A stretch of DNA of 62,590 nt from an uncultured Alphaproteobacteria bacterium (GTDB lineage: Bacteria; Pseudomonadota; Alphaproteobacteria; JAAXGF01). The DNA lies in assembly GCA_964645285.1 (NCBI GenBank), contig CAZYDR010000005.1:1-62590 (forward strand). The letters are read 5' to 3'. Below the pieces are notes generated by a model. The model was not told where the DNA came from, did no database searches, and worked only from the letters and a program-made list of their open reading frames with translations. Both the position numbers and the translations under genes were made by a program. Shown here in pieces: positions 10,248-18,685 of the stretch. Position 1 is the stretch's first letter; each line of letters begins with the position of its first letter.

Positions 10248-10351
10248 CGGGTGGAGACGAACAATCATGGCGCGCCGGCGCGGACGTCAGGTTGCGGGGC
10301 TCGGCCAGGCAAAGCCGGCCGGCCCAACACCGGGATGCGCGGCAAGCCGCT

Positions 10352-11386
10352 TCATGCCTGCTCGGGTCGCCAGGAAATCAGGCCCTCGGTTCGCGCCCGC
10401 ACCTCGGGCGAGGCCAGGCATGTGGCAACCGACTCATAGCCCGGCGATCCCGGATAAGGCGCAACCAGGGTCGGCGGACTGTGGTTGGCGGGGCACAGGA
10501 TGATGGTCTCGTCGGGCTCCACGGCGTCGAGATCCAGGATGGCGCAAGAGCGCGTCATCATCATGATCGGCCGCGCGCGCCGTGCATGGTGACGCAGGTG
10601 GGCAATCAGCGCTTCCTGGGTGGCGTGATCCAGTCCCTGTTCCACCATGTCGACAACCAGGACCTCGGCTTCTTCCGATTCAAGGGCCACAAGAAGCGCG
10701 ATCAGGGCCGGCGACTCGGTCGCGCCGTCCTCCACAAGCCATGCGACGATCTGCTCCACTCGGGACTTCAACGCCGGGTTACTGTCCATTCGCGCGCGCG
10801 CCGCCGCGCCATCCCCGTCCAACCGTTCCAGACCAATGTAGGCGGCGTCCGACAGAACCTCGGCAATTTTCATGGACAGTACCGTCTTACCGCAGCCGAG
10901 CGGGCCGAGGATGTAGGTGAGCGGGTAAATGTCCGGGAGTTCGAACCGTTCGCCGCCCCACGGCCAAGGCAAATCGAAGGCGACGCTGATCTCACCTTTC
11001 GAACGCACCATTCGTGCAAGCGCGCCAACGTCCGGCGCCTGCCCCTGGGCGAGGTCGGTGCGAAGCGCGCGAACCTTCTCAACGGTCTCGCCGAGTTGGC
11101 GGGCCTGGCCTTCAAGCGTCGCCTGATGGGCCGCCAGAGCCGGCTCAAGGGACTGGGGATCACCGTCCAGGACCCGCGCCACCTGGGCGAGACTTAGGCC
11201 CAGGGCGCGCAGGTCGACGATCTCGGCGGCGCGCGCCATCTCGGCGGGGCCATAGGTCCGCCATCCGGCGGTGGTGCGGACCGGTGCGATCAGGCCACGC
11301 TGTTCGTAAAGGCGCAGGGCCTTGGCGGAAATACCAAGCCGCCTGGCGGCCTCGGCGGGGTTCAGGAACTGTGCGGAAGAACTCAC
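10352..11386 (-). CDS. MerR-family HTH regulator fused to a C-terminal P-loop ATPase domain
   Basis: GTG 11386 is preceded by SD GAGGTG. The N-terminus LNPAEAARRLGISAKALRLYEQRGLIAPVRTTAGWRTYGP is a MerR HTH followed by a coiled-coil-like linker. The C-terminus has Walker A GPLGCGKT and Walker-B-like VLVVDMVEQGLD. Confidence 0.75.
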   Translation of the reverse strand: MSSSAQFLNPAEAARRLGISAKALRLYEQRGLIAPVRTTAGWRTYGPAEMARAAEIVDLRALGLSLAQVARVLDGDPQSLEPALAAHQATLEGQARQLGETVEKVRALRTDLAQGQAPDVGALARMVRSKGEISVAFDLPWPWGGERFELPDIYPLTYILGPLGCGKTVLSMKIAEVLSDAAYIGLERLDGDGAAARARMDSNPALKSRVEQIVAWLVEDGATESPALIALLVALESEEAEVLVVDMVEQGLDHATQEALIAHLRHHARRARPIMMMTRSCAILDLDAVEPDETIILCPANHSPPTLVAPYPGSPGYESVATCLASPEVRARTEGLISWRPEQA

Positions 11387-11417
11387 GATTCACCTCATTG
11401 TTTGTCTAACCGCAGTC

Positions 11418-11448
11418 CTTATGAGGGCGGCCCCAGGGGCCGGGTCAA
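11418..11448 (-). promoter_or_regulatory. Candidate MerR-type promoter (overlong 19-bp spacer with internal dyad)
   Basis: Read on the minus strand: TTGACC (11448-11443), a 19-nt spacer containing the 13-nt palindrome GGCCCCTGGGGCC (11441-11429), then CATAAG (11423-11418), about 32 nt upstream of GTG 11386. Confidence 0.3.
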
Positions 11449-11514
11449 GCGCGAATTCACTGTACTCGACTTTATCTATCCATGCCTGCATAGCCATGCC
11501 TGTGTGGCGGCGCC

Positions 11515-12729
11515 CTATCCCATGGCGGCGCGCAAGCCCTCGTCGATCTTGTCGAGAAACTGCTGGGTCGTCATCCAGCCCTGGTCGGGGCCGATGAGCA
11601 GCGCCAGGTCCTTGGTCATGAAGCCGGCTTCCACCGTATCAACGCAGACCTGTTCGAGGGTGGCGGCGAAGGTTGCCAGAGCCGCGTTGCCGTCGAGCTT
11701 GGCGCGATGGGCGCAGCAGCCGCTCCAGGCGAAGATCGAGGCGATCGGGTTGGTCGATGTTTCGTTGCCCTTCTGGTGCTCGCGGTAGTGGCGGGTCACC
11801 GTGCCGTGGGCAGCTTCGGATTCGACGGTCTGGCCATCGGGCGTCATCAGCACCGACTTCATCATGCCGAGGGAGCCGAAGCCCTGGGCAACGATGTCGG
11901 ACTGGACGTCGCCGTCATAGTTTTTGCAGGCCCACACGAAACCGCCCGACCACTTGAGGGCGCAGGCCACCATGTCGTCGATCAGGCGATGCTCGTAGGT
12001 GATGTTGGCGGCCTTGAACTTGGCGGCGAACTCGGCCTCGAAGACCTCTTCGAACAAATCCTTGAAACGCCCATCATAGGCCTTGAGGATAGTGTTCTTG
12101 GTCGACAAGTAGACCGGCCATTCACGGTCCAGGCCGTAGATGAGACAGGCGCGGGCAAAACCGCGGATCGATTCGTCGAGGTTGTACATGGAGAGGGCAA
12201 CGCCCGGCGCCTCGAACTCGAAAACCTCGCGCTCGATGGCCTCGCCGCCGTCGGCCGGGTCGAAGCGCAGCATCAGGGTGCCGGCACCGGGGACCAGGAA
12301 GTCGGTGGCCCGGTACTGATCGCCGAAAGCGTGGCGGCCGATGACGATGGGTTGGGTCCAGCCCGGCACCAGGCGCGGCACGTTGTTGCAGATGATCGGC
12401 TCGCGGAACACGGTGCCGCCAAGAATGTTACGGATGGTGCCGTTGGGCGAGCGCCACATCTGTTTGAGACTGAATTCCTCGACCCGTGCCTCGTCCGGCG
12501 TGATGGTGGCGCATTTGACACCGACGCCATGCTGCTTGATGGCATTGGCGGCGTCGATGGTGACCTGATCATCGGTCGCGTCGCGGGCTTCTATTCCAAG
12601 GTCGAAATAGACCAGATCAACGTCGAGATAGGGCAGAATCAGCTTGTCCTTGATAAACGCCCAGATGATGCGGGTCATTTCGTCGCCGTCGAGTTCGACG
12701 ACAGAGTTATCGACCTTGATTTTGGCCAT
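11515..12729 (-). CDS. icd: NADP-dependent isocitrate dehydrogenase (eukaryote-like ~404-aa subfamily)
   Basis: ATG 12729 with SD GAGGA gives [23 protein letters not shown]...[21 protein letters not shown]...[12 protein letters not shown], the characteristic type-II homodimeric IDH pattern. Confidence 0.93.
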   Translation of the reverse strand: MAKIKVDNSVVELDGDEMTRIIWAFIKDKLILPYLDVDLVYFDLGIEARDATDDQVTIDAANAIKQHGVGVKCATITPDEARVEEFSLKQMWRSPNGTIRNILGGTVFREPIICNNVPRLVPGWTQPIVIGRHAFGDQYRATDFLVPGAGTLMLRFDPADGGEAIEREVFEFEAPGVALSMYNLDESIRGFARACLIYGLDREWPVYLSTKNTILKAYDGRFKDLFEEVFEAEFAAKFKAANITYEHRLIDDMVACALKWSGGFVWACKNYDGDVQSDIVAQGFGSLGMMKSVLMTPDGQTVESEAAHGTVTRHYREHQKGNETSTNPIASIFAWSGCCAHRAKLDGNAALATFAATLEQVCVDTVEAGFMTKDLALLIGPDQGWMTTQQFLDKIDEGLRAAMG

Positions 12730-12922
12730 GGTGTCCTCATGTTGAATGAATGCGCGACGGCAAGATATCACTGGCGCGCGCAGGTTGGTAGACCCGCTTT
12801 AGCGAAGTTCGCACGAGTGAAGTCGAGTGGACTTCGCAAGCCCGCGAACGCGGGCCGCCGACCGTTCGGCGGGAGCCTGCGTGACGATTGAGCGCCAGTC
12901 ACCAAGGGTGACCGAAAACCCG

Positions 12923-13507
12923 CTAGATCAGTTCGTCCTGGGCTGGCGTTGCTGGTGGCGGCGCCTTGGCAAGGACGTCGAAAACCTCGTCCACGCTATC
13001 GACGAACTGGTAGAGCCGACGCACCGAACCGTTGGCGAAATCGCCGGTAATGACGTGCTCGAGCAAGTCCTCCAGCGGCTTCCAGTAGCCGGTGCTGTCG
13101 ATCAGCACGATGGGCTTGTCGTGGAGGCCGAGTTGGCGCCAGGTGATGATCTCGAAGGTCTCGTCGAGCGTGCCGAGACCGCCAGGCAACACGGCGAAGG
13201 CGTCGGCCAGTTCAAACATCTTGTGCTTGCGTTCGTGCATGTTGTCGACGATCAAGAGTTCGGTGACCTGCTGGTGGCCGATCTCGCGCTCTTCGATATG
13301 GCCGGGGATGATGCCCGTAACCTGGCCGCCGGCAGCCAGCACGGCGTCGGCCAGAACGCCCATGAGGCCGACCCGGCCGCCGCCGAACACCAGGCGCACA
13401 CCGTGTTCGGCCATGAGTCGGCCAAGCCGCTCGGCAGCAGCCCGGTGGGCGGGGTCCGTACCGGTGCTTGAGCCGCAGTAGACGCAGAGGGAAGTGAGCG
13501 CGATCAT
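12923..13507 (-). CDS. LOG family protein (TIGR00730-type nucleotide phosphoribohydrolase)
   Basis: MIALTSLCVYCGSSTG start, GGGRVGLMG, and the PGGLGTLDETFE signature. The longer ORF to 13549 is an unlikely extension. Confidence 0.85.
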   Translation of the reverse strand: MIALTSLCVYCGSSTGTDPAHRAAAERLGRLMAEHGVRLVFGGGRVGLMGVLADAVLAAGGQVTGIIPGHIEEREIGHQQVTELLIVDNMHERKHKMFELADAFAVLPGGLGTLDETFEIITWRQLGLHDKPIVLIDSTGYWKPLEDLLEHVITGDFANGSVRRLYQFVDSVDEVFDVLAKAPPPATPAQDELI

Positions 13508-13895
13508 GAAAAGAATTCTCCAGGTTACCCTGATTATATTGTGTGGCACGGAGGTGATGTACAGTCCCCTCCACGGCGGCGCTCGCGGCGGCGAAGTCGA
13601 TGTGGTGCGGGTCGAGGTGACGCGAACCGCACCCGGCGTCTACAGCTTCCGGGTGACGCTACGCCACGATGACGCCGGCTGGGACCACTATGCCGACCGC
13701 TGGGAGGTGCGCGACGCCCAGGGCACGGTGCTGGGAACCCGCGTCCTGGCTCATCCCCATGTTGACGAACAGCCTTTCACCCGCGGTCTCTCCGGCGTGA
13801 CCATTCCCTATGGCCTCGGTCAGGTAACCATCGCCGCCCACGATAGCGTCCATGGTGACGGCGGCATCGAGATGACGGTGGACCTGGCCGAGTAG
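13506..13895 (+). CDS. Hypothetical protein (conserved-looking, possibly exported)
   Basis: ORF with a hydrophobic N-terminus (MKRILQVTLIILCG) and stretches VTLRHDDAGWDHYADRWEV and LAHPHVDEQPFTR. The start is ambiguous: GTG 13494, ATG 13506 or ATG 13557. Confidence 0.5.
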   Translation: MKRILQVTLIILCGTEVMYSPLHGGARGGEVDVVRVEVTRTAPGVYSFRVTLRHDDAGWDHYADRWEVRDAQGTVLGTRVLAHPHVDEQPFTRGLSGVTIPYGLGQVTIAAHDSVHGDGGIEMTVDLAE

Positions 13896-13901
13896 CCTGA
13901 A

Positions 13902-14765
13902 TCAGTCGGCCTTCTTCGCCGGCAGAGCATTATCGATGGTCAGTAGGCTTGCGACGTACTCGGCGATGGCCGCCAGATCGTCAGCGCTGAGGTATTTGTA
14001 GCCCTGCTCGATGGCTTCTTCCATAGCCCCCTGGACGTTATCAAAATCCGGCTTGTAGCCGGTCTTGAGCAGGCCGGCGATGTCGGCCACTCTCCAGTCG
14101 CCGATACCGGTGGCGACGTGAGGCGTAATATTGGGCACGCGCCGGCCGTCGGGCCCGTCAGTGGTGCCGGCGTACCAATTCTCGGCGTCCGTGCCGCCGA
14201 GACCGTCACGCGGCGTATGGCACTCACCGCAATGAGCCACGGCGTTGGCCAGATAGGCGCCCCGATTCCACGTCTCGGTCTGATCGGGATCGACCTTGAA
14301 CGGGCCAGGCTCGAAATACATCGCCTCCCACAGCCCGACCATGAAACGCCAACCGAACGGCGGCGTCAGATCGTGGGGCCGGTTGGCGCGGCGCACCGGC
14401 CGTACCGTGTCGAGATAGGCCTTGAGGTCGGCCAGGTCGGCCGTGGTCATGGCCGCAAACGAGGTGTAGGGGAAAGCCGGAAAATAGTGCGAGCCGTCGG
14501 GCCCGACGCCCTTGGTCATGGCGTTGACGAAATCCGAGCCCGACCAGCCGCCGATGCCGGTCTCCGGATCAGGCGTGATGTTGGGGCTGTAGAATACGCC
14601 GAACGGGGTCTCCAGCGCCCGGCCGCCGGCAAGAAATCCATCGGCCCGCGACACGGTATGGCACGCACAGCCACCGGCGGCGCGCAGCAGGTATTCGCCT
14701 CGCGCCGCCGCTTCGCTGGCCCAAGCGCTACCGGCGCTGGCCCACAGAACACCGGCCCACAGCAA
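13902..14765 (-). CDS. Dihaem cytochrome c
   Basis: Two CxxCH motifs (CACHT, CGECHT). The coordinates use the first canonical start, TTG 14765, but the signal-peptide-like sequence continues upstream to the cytochrome c' stop (see findings). Confidence 0.8.
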   Translation of the reverse strand: MLWAGVLWASAGSAWASEAAARGEYLLRAAGGCACHTVSRADGFLAGGRALETPFGVFYSPNITPDPETGIGGWSGSDFVNAMTKGVGPDGSHYFPAFPYTSFAAMTTADLADLKAYLDTVRPVRRANRPHDLTPPFGWRFMVGLWEAMYFEPGPFKVDPDQTETWNRGAYLANAVAHCGECHTPRDGLGGTDAENWYAGTTDGPDGRRVPNITPHVATGIGDWRVADIAGLLKTGYKPDFDNVQGAMEEAIEQGYKYLSADDLAAIAEYVASLLTIDNALPAKKAD

Positions 14766-14801
14766 GCAGACAGGGAGAACGACTGCGACCCTTGATATGA
14801 T

Positions 14802-15308
14802 CTACTCCTTTGGTTTGCGGAATGGCTTGTGGCAGCCGCCGCAGGCATTTCCAAGATTGCCCATGGCGGCGCCCACGGCGGCCATATTGCCGCTGTCCGC
14901 AGCCTCGACCAGAGCACCGGTCGCCACCTGAAACGCCTTGATGGCCTTCTCGAACTCCGCCCAGTTGTCCCATATCTTCGCCATGGCGCGGGTCTCACCG
15001 GCGCCACTCCCGGCGGGAAAGATGTCGGCTGCCATCATACTCGTCGCCTGCAGGGCGCGGGCGTGATTGGCCACATGGCCGGTAAACGAGACCTCGCCCT
15101 TCAGGACGGCGCCGATGGAGCCCATATGGGCGCCCACCGCACTCATGACCTTCTGGCGATATTTGATGACATTGGCCGCATCATCGGCGGCAACCGCCGG
15201 GGCGCCCAAGACGCCCATGGCGAGCAAGCCGAACATAACAGCGGGAAACAATCCTCGAAATTTACCCATGGTCCTGAACCTCATGTCCATTTGTTTGCCT
15301 ACCCCCAT
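14802..15308 (-). CDS. Cytochrome c' (class II cytochrome c)
   Basis: Signal peptide (..GLLAMGVLGAPAVAADD), a four-helix-type sequence, and the C-terminal haem motif CGGCHKPFRK. The start among several Met codons is not resolved. Confidence 0.85.
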   Translation of the reverse strand: MGVGKQMDMRFRTMGKFRGLFPAVMFGLLAMGVLGAPAVAADDAANVIKYRQKVMSAVGAHMGSIGAVLKGEVSFTGHVANHARALQATSMMAADIFPAGSGAGETRAMAKIWDNWAEFEKAIKAFQVATGALVEAADSGNMAAVGAAMGNLGNACGGCHKPFRKPKE

Positions 15309-15436
15309 CGGCCCGAAGTGTTCCCAAGCGGGCGCGCCACGTCAAGCCGACGACAAGGGCCGCCGTGCGGAAAGATGCACGGCCAAGCGAAGAATGATAT
15401 AGGTTCCGTCATCCTGTTAGGCTTGTAACCGAGTGG

Positions 15437-16453
15437 TTGCCTGTGAAATTCAATATCGCCGCTATTGTCGTTCTCATCGTGGCTATCATCGCCTTCCTGG
15501 CATGGAATGCTTCCCGTCAGGACGGGGAAGACACGTCCGCGGCGGTGGTAAGCAGCGACACGCAGGCCACAAGCGAAACTGGCGCTACCGAGTCGGCGCA
15601 GAGCCAAGCGCCCGACGCCGCCATCCCGCCAAGCTTCGACATTGTCCGTATCAGCCCCGAGGGCGATGCGGTCATCGCCGGCCGCGCCGAGCCCGGCGCC
15701 GAGGTCCAGGTATTGGAGGGTGATACGGTCATCGCCGAGGCCACGGCCGATGCCCGGGGCGAATGGGCGGTGGTCCCCGAAGAACCCATCGCGCCCGGCT
15801 CGCGGGAGCTTTCCCTGACCGAGCACACGGTCTACGGCGAGACCATCCAATCTGAGTCCGTGGTGGTCCTCGCCGTCCCCGAGCGCCAATCCAACGACGA
15901 TGATGATGGCGGCGAGGACGCCCTGGCGGTCCTCATTATCAAAGATGAACTGGGCGCCAGTAAAATCCTGCAGGCGCCGGAGACCGGCGTCGGACTGGCC
16001 GGCGATCAGGGCCTGACCCTTGATTCCATCGAGTACGACGACGGTGGGCGGTTTGCCCTTGGCGGCCGGGTAGGCCCGGGCCGGCCGGTCATGGTCTACC
16101 TCCACAACACCTTTATCGGCAGTGCCCGAGGCGGCAACGACGGCCTATGGCATATGGCGCCGGACGGTGTGGTCGACCCCGGTCTGTACAGCCTGCGGGT
16201 CGATCTGGTCGACGAGGACGGCGTCGTCCTGGCCCGCATCGAGACACCTTTTGCCCGCGCCGATTTTACCCTGCCCACGGGCCGTGATTCGGTGGTCGTG
16301 GTGCAGCCAGGCAACAGCCTGTGGCGGATCGCCCGCCGAAGTTACGGCGACGGCGTTCAGTATGTGACGATTTTCGAGGCCAACCGGGATCAGATCGGTG
16401 ATCCCGATCTGATCTATCCGGGCCAGATATTCCTGCTGCCGTCGGCCAATTGA
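15437..16453 (+). CDS. LysM peptidoglycan-binding domain protein, N-terminally membrane-anchored
   Basis: N-terminal TM segment (IAAIVVLIVAIIAFLAW) and a C-terminal LysM (VVVQPGNSLWRIARRSYGDGVQYVTIFEANRDQIGDPDLIYPGQIFLLP). Confidence 0.8.
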   Translation: MPVKFNIAAIVVLIVAIIAFLAWNASRQDGEDTSAAVVSSDTQATSETGATESAQSQAPDAAIPPSFDIVRISPEGDAVIAGRAEPGAEVQVLEGDTVIAEATADARGEWAVVPEEPIAPGSRELSLTEHTVYGETIQSESVVVLAVPERQSNDDDDGGEDALAVLIIKDELGASKILQAPETGVGLAGDQGLTLDSIEYDDGGRFALGGRVGPGRPVMVYLHNTFIGSARGGNDGLWHMAPDGVVDPGLYSLRVDLVDEDGVVLARIETPFARADFTLPTGRDSVVVVQPGNSLWRIARRSYGDGVQYVTIFEANRDQIGDPDLIYPGQIFLLPSAN

Positions 16454-16456
16454 CCG

Positions 16457-16744
16457 CTAGGCGGCTTCTTCGGCGTTTGCGAATTCGGCGATGAGATCGA
16501 GGTAGGGTACGGCGTTCAAGACCAGCAACGCAAGATTGGTCACCACCGAGTTGATGCTGCCGATCGGTGTGCGCGGCATGGGAATTTCGTTCTCAAGAAC
16601 GATCGTCTGTCCCTTGACCACCTTGAGTAGGCCTTCCGTATAGCCATCAAGGGTATCGACCACCGCCAGCAGATCACCACGGGCCTGGGCGTCCTCGGCC
16701 GAGTAGGGTAATTCAGCTAACTTACTTCGCAGAAACATGCGCAT
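16457..16744 (-). CDS. Hypothetical small acidic protein (95 aa)
   Basis: ATG 16744 preceded by GAGGG (4-nt spacing). No family recognised. Confidence 0.45.
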   Translation of the reverse strand: MRMFLRSKLAELPYSAEDAQARGDLLAVVDTLDGYTEGLLKVVKGQTIVLENEIPMPRTPIGSINSVVTNLALLVLNAVPYLDLIAEFANAEEAA

Positions 16745-16756
16745 ACCGCCCTCAAT

Positions 16757-16939
16757 CTATTCCAGGATGCCGCCAAAATCCATACCGTACCAGGCAAAAC
16801 TGAAGTTCAGCGGCGCATTTTTGGCGCGGCGCATGAGTTCGCTATAGGCATCGACGGCCGGACGATCACCGTCCTTGCCGCTCACGGCGCTGATGGCCGG
16901 GGTGCTTTCGTCGGCTCGAAGCTCACTGGTGGCTGGCAC
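16757..16939 (-). CDS. Hypothetical small protein (60 aa)
   Basis: GTG 16939 preceded by GAGG (6-nt spacing). It ends at TAG 16757-16759, 12 nt before the next ORF. No family recognised. Confidence 0.4.
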   Translation of the reverse strand: MPATSELRADESTPAISAVSGKDGDRPAVDAYSELMRRAKNAPLNFSFAWYGMDFGGILE

Positions 16940-17147
16940 GGCCTACCTCGTTTCGTGGTTACTGTGGAAGCTTGACGACAAAGTAGGCATGATTTGCGTT
17001 AAGAAACGGTAAAAGCAGGATTTTTTCACTTTACGCCGAAACCACTACAGTTACGGAGAACTAGACGCCGTGACGCCAACGGCCTAAGACAGGCGGCGAG
17101 GATTAGGGACCACGACCCAGGTTGTCGGCCAACGAGGATTGGAGTTC

Positions 17148-17855
17148 ATGAGCCAAGGCGCGTTCGATACGGTTTTGGTGCCATTCCGGCGCGAAGGCTG
17201 GCCGTTTATCGCCGGTTTCGCTTTGGTTGCCGTCGCCCTGGCCCTGATCGCCGCACCCCTGGGCTGGATCGGCGCCCTGCTCACCGCCTGGTGCGCCTAT
17301 TTCTTTCGCGATCCGGCACGGGTCACCCCGACCGAAGCCGGGTTGATCATCAGCCCGGCGGACGGCCTGGTTCAATCCATCGGCCCAGCCACGCCGCCGC
17401 CCGAATTGGGCATGGACGGCGGCGCGCGCACCCGCATCAGCGTGTTCATGAACGTCTTCGACGTCCACGTGAACCGCATGCCCGCCGACGGCGTGGTGAC
17501 GGCCCTGGCCTACCGGCCTGGCCGCTTCCTCAACGCCTCTCTCGACAAGGCCAGCGAACACAATGAACGCCAGTCGTTACGCATGACCACCGCCGACGGC
17601 AAGGATCTCGCCATTGTCCAGATTGCCGGTTTGGTGGCGCGGCGTATCCTGTGTTGGGTTGACGATGGCCAAAAGGTTGGCGCCGGTGAGCGTTTCGGCA
17701 TGATCCGCTTCGGCAGCCGGGTCAACGTCTACCTCGACGATGACATGATCCCCCTTGCCGTCGCGGGTCAGAAGGCCATCGCCGGCGAAACCGTGCTGGC
17801 GCGCAGCCTGCAACCCGGCGAAAATGCTTCGGCCCGAACCGGTGAGGTACGATAG
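17148..17855 (+). CDS. psd: Phosphatidylserine decarboxylase proenzyme (short alphaproteobacterial type)
   Basis: FRDPARVTP...ISPADGLV...[12 protein letters not shown]...[11 protein letters not shown] (GS cleavage motif). ATG 17148 lies after GGAG; TTG 17139 is an alternative start. Confidence 0.9.
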   Translation: MSQGAFDTVLVPFRREGWPFIAGFALVAVALALIAAPLGWIGALLTAWCAYFFRDPARVTPTEAGLIISPADGLVQSIGPATPPPELGMDGGARTRISVFMNVFDVHVNRMPADGVVTALAYRPGRFLNASLDKASEHNERQSLRMTTADGKDLAIVQIAGLVARRILCWVDDGQKVGAGERFGMIRFGSRVNVYLDDDMIPLAVAGQKAIAGETVLARSLQPGENASARTGEVR

Positions 17856-17858
17856 CCC

Positions 17859-18656
17859 ATGAGACGTCCCAGTTTGAAACGCCCCCGGCGCCTGCGCGGC
17901 CTGTCCATCAACGCCCTGATCCCCAACGCGGTCACCGTGCTGGGCATGTGCGCCGGGCTGTCGTCGATCCGCTATGCCCTGGCCGACCGCTGGGAGTTCG
18001 CGGTCGCGATGATTCTCCTCGCCGGCATTATCGACGGTCTCGACGGCCGCATCGCCCGGGTGCTCAAGGCATCGTCCGATTTTGGCGCCGAGCTTGATTC
18101 CCTGTCCGACTTCGTCTGTTTCGGCGTCGCCCCGGCGGTGGTGCTGTATCTCTGGACCCTGGAAGCCGGCCGCGGCGTCGGCTGGGCCATATCCCTGCTG
18201 TTCGCGGTCTGCATGGCGCTTCGCCTGGCCCGCTTCAACGCCAGTCTGAGCGATCCCGACCGCCCGGTGTGGGCATCCCATTTCTTTGCCGGGGTGCCGG
18301 CGCCGTCGGCCAGCGGTATCGTCCTGGTACCCATGATGCTGTCCTTCGAGTTCGGCGATACATTTTTGCGCGAACCCCTGTTCGTCGCCCTCTACACCAT
18401 CGGCGTCGCGTTCCTGACGGTCAGCACCATCCCCATGTTCTCGGGCAAAAGCATCAAGATACGCTACGAGCATTTCCTGCCGGTCCTGTTGCTGGTCGGA
18501 CTGTTGTTCGCCGTTTTCGTCGGCTACCCCTGGTACGCCTTCTCGGCACTCGCTCTCGGCTACGCCGCAACGATCCCGTTCAGCGTTCGTAGCCATCGCC
18601 GTCACAAGGCGCGAACTGACTCCGGGGTATCAGTTAACGAGAGTACCGACGTTTAA
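17859..18656 (+). CDS. pssA: CDP-diacylglycerol--serine O-phosphatidyltransferase
   Basis: CDP-alcohol phosphatidyltransferase motif DGLDGRIAR...G.ELDSLSD, multiple TM segments, immediately downstream of psd. Confidence 0.9.
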   Translation: MRRPSLKRPRRLRGLSINALIPNAVTVLGMCAGLSSIRYALADRWEFAVAMILLAGIIDGLDGRIARVLKASSDFGAELDSLSDFVCFGVAPAVVLYLWTLEAGRGVGWAISLLFAVCMALRLARFNASLSDPDRPVWASHFFAGVPAPSASGIVLVPMMLSFEFGDTFLREPLFVALYTIGVAFLTVSTIPMFSGKSIKIRYEHFLPVLLLVGLLFAVFVGYPWYAFSALALGYAATIPFSVRSHRRHKARTDSGVSVNESTDV

Positions 18657-18685
18657 CCACCACCCAAAACCAACGAGGTACAGTT

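Noticed and set aside
14802-14804. Stop-codon read-through fusing cytochrome c' to the dihaem cytochrome c, which are in the same frame.
   Set aside because: The sequence directly after the TAG is a complete Sec signal peptide. That makes sense only at an N-terminus, so independent initiation is far more likely than a fusion.
16745-16759. In-frame TAG joining the 60-aa and 95-aa small ORFs, read as another nonsense-mutated single gene.
   Set aside because: Each ORF has its own well-spaced Shine-Dalgarno and start codon, and being in the same frame has a one-in-three chance expectation. With no homologue recognised, the fusion cannot be supported. It is kept only as an alternative in the finding.
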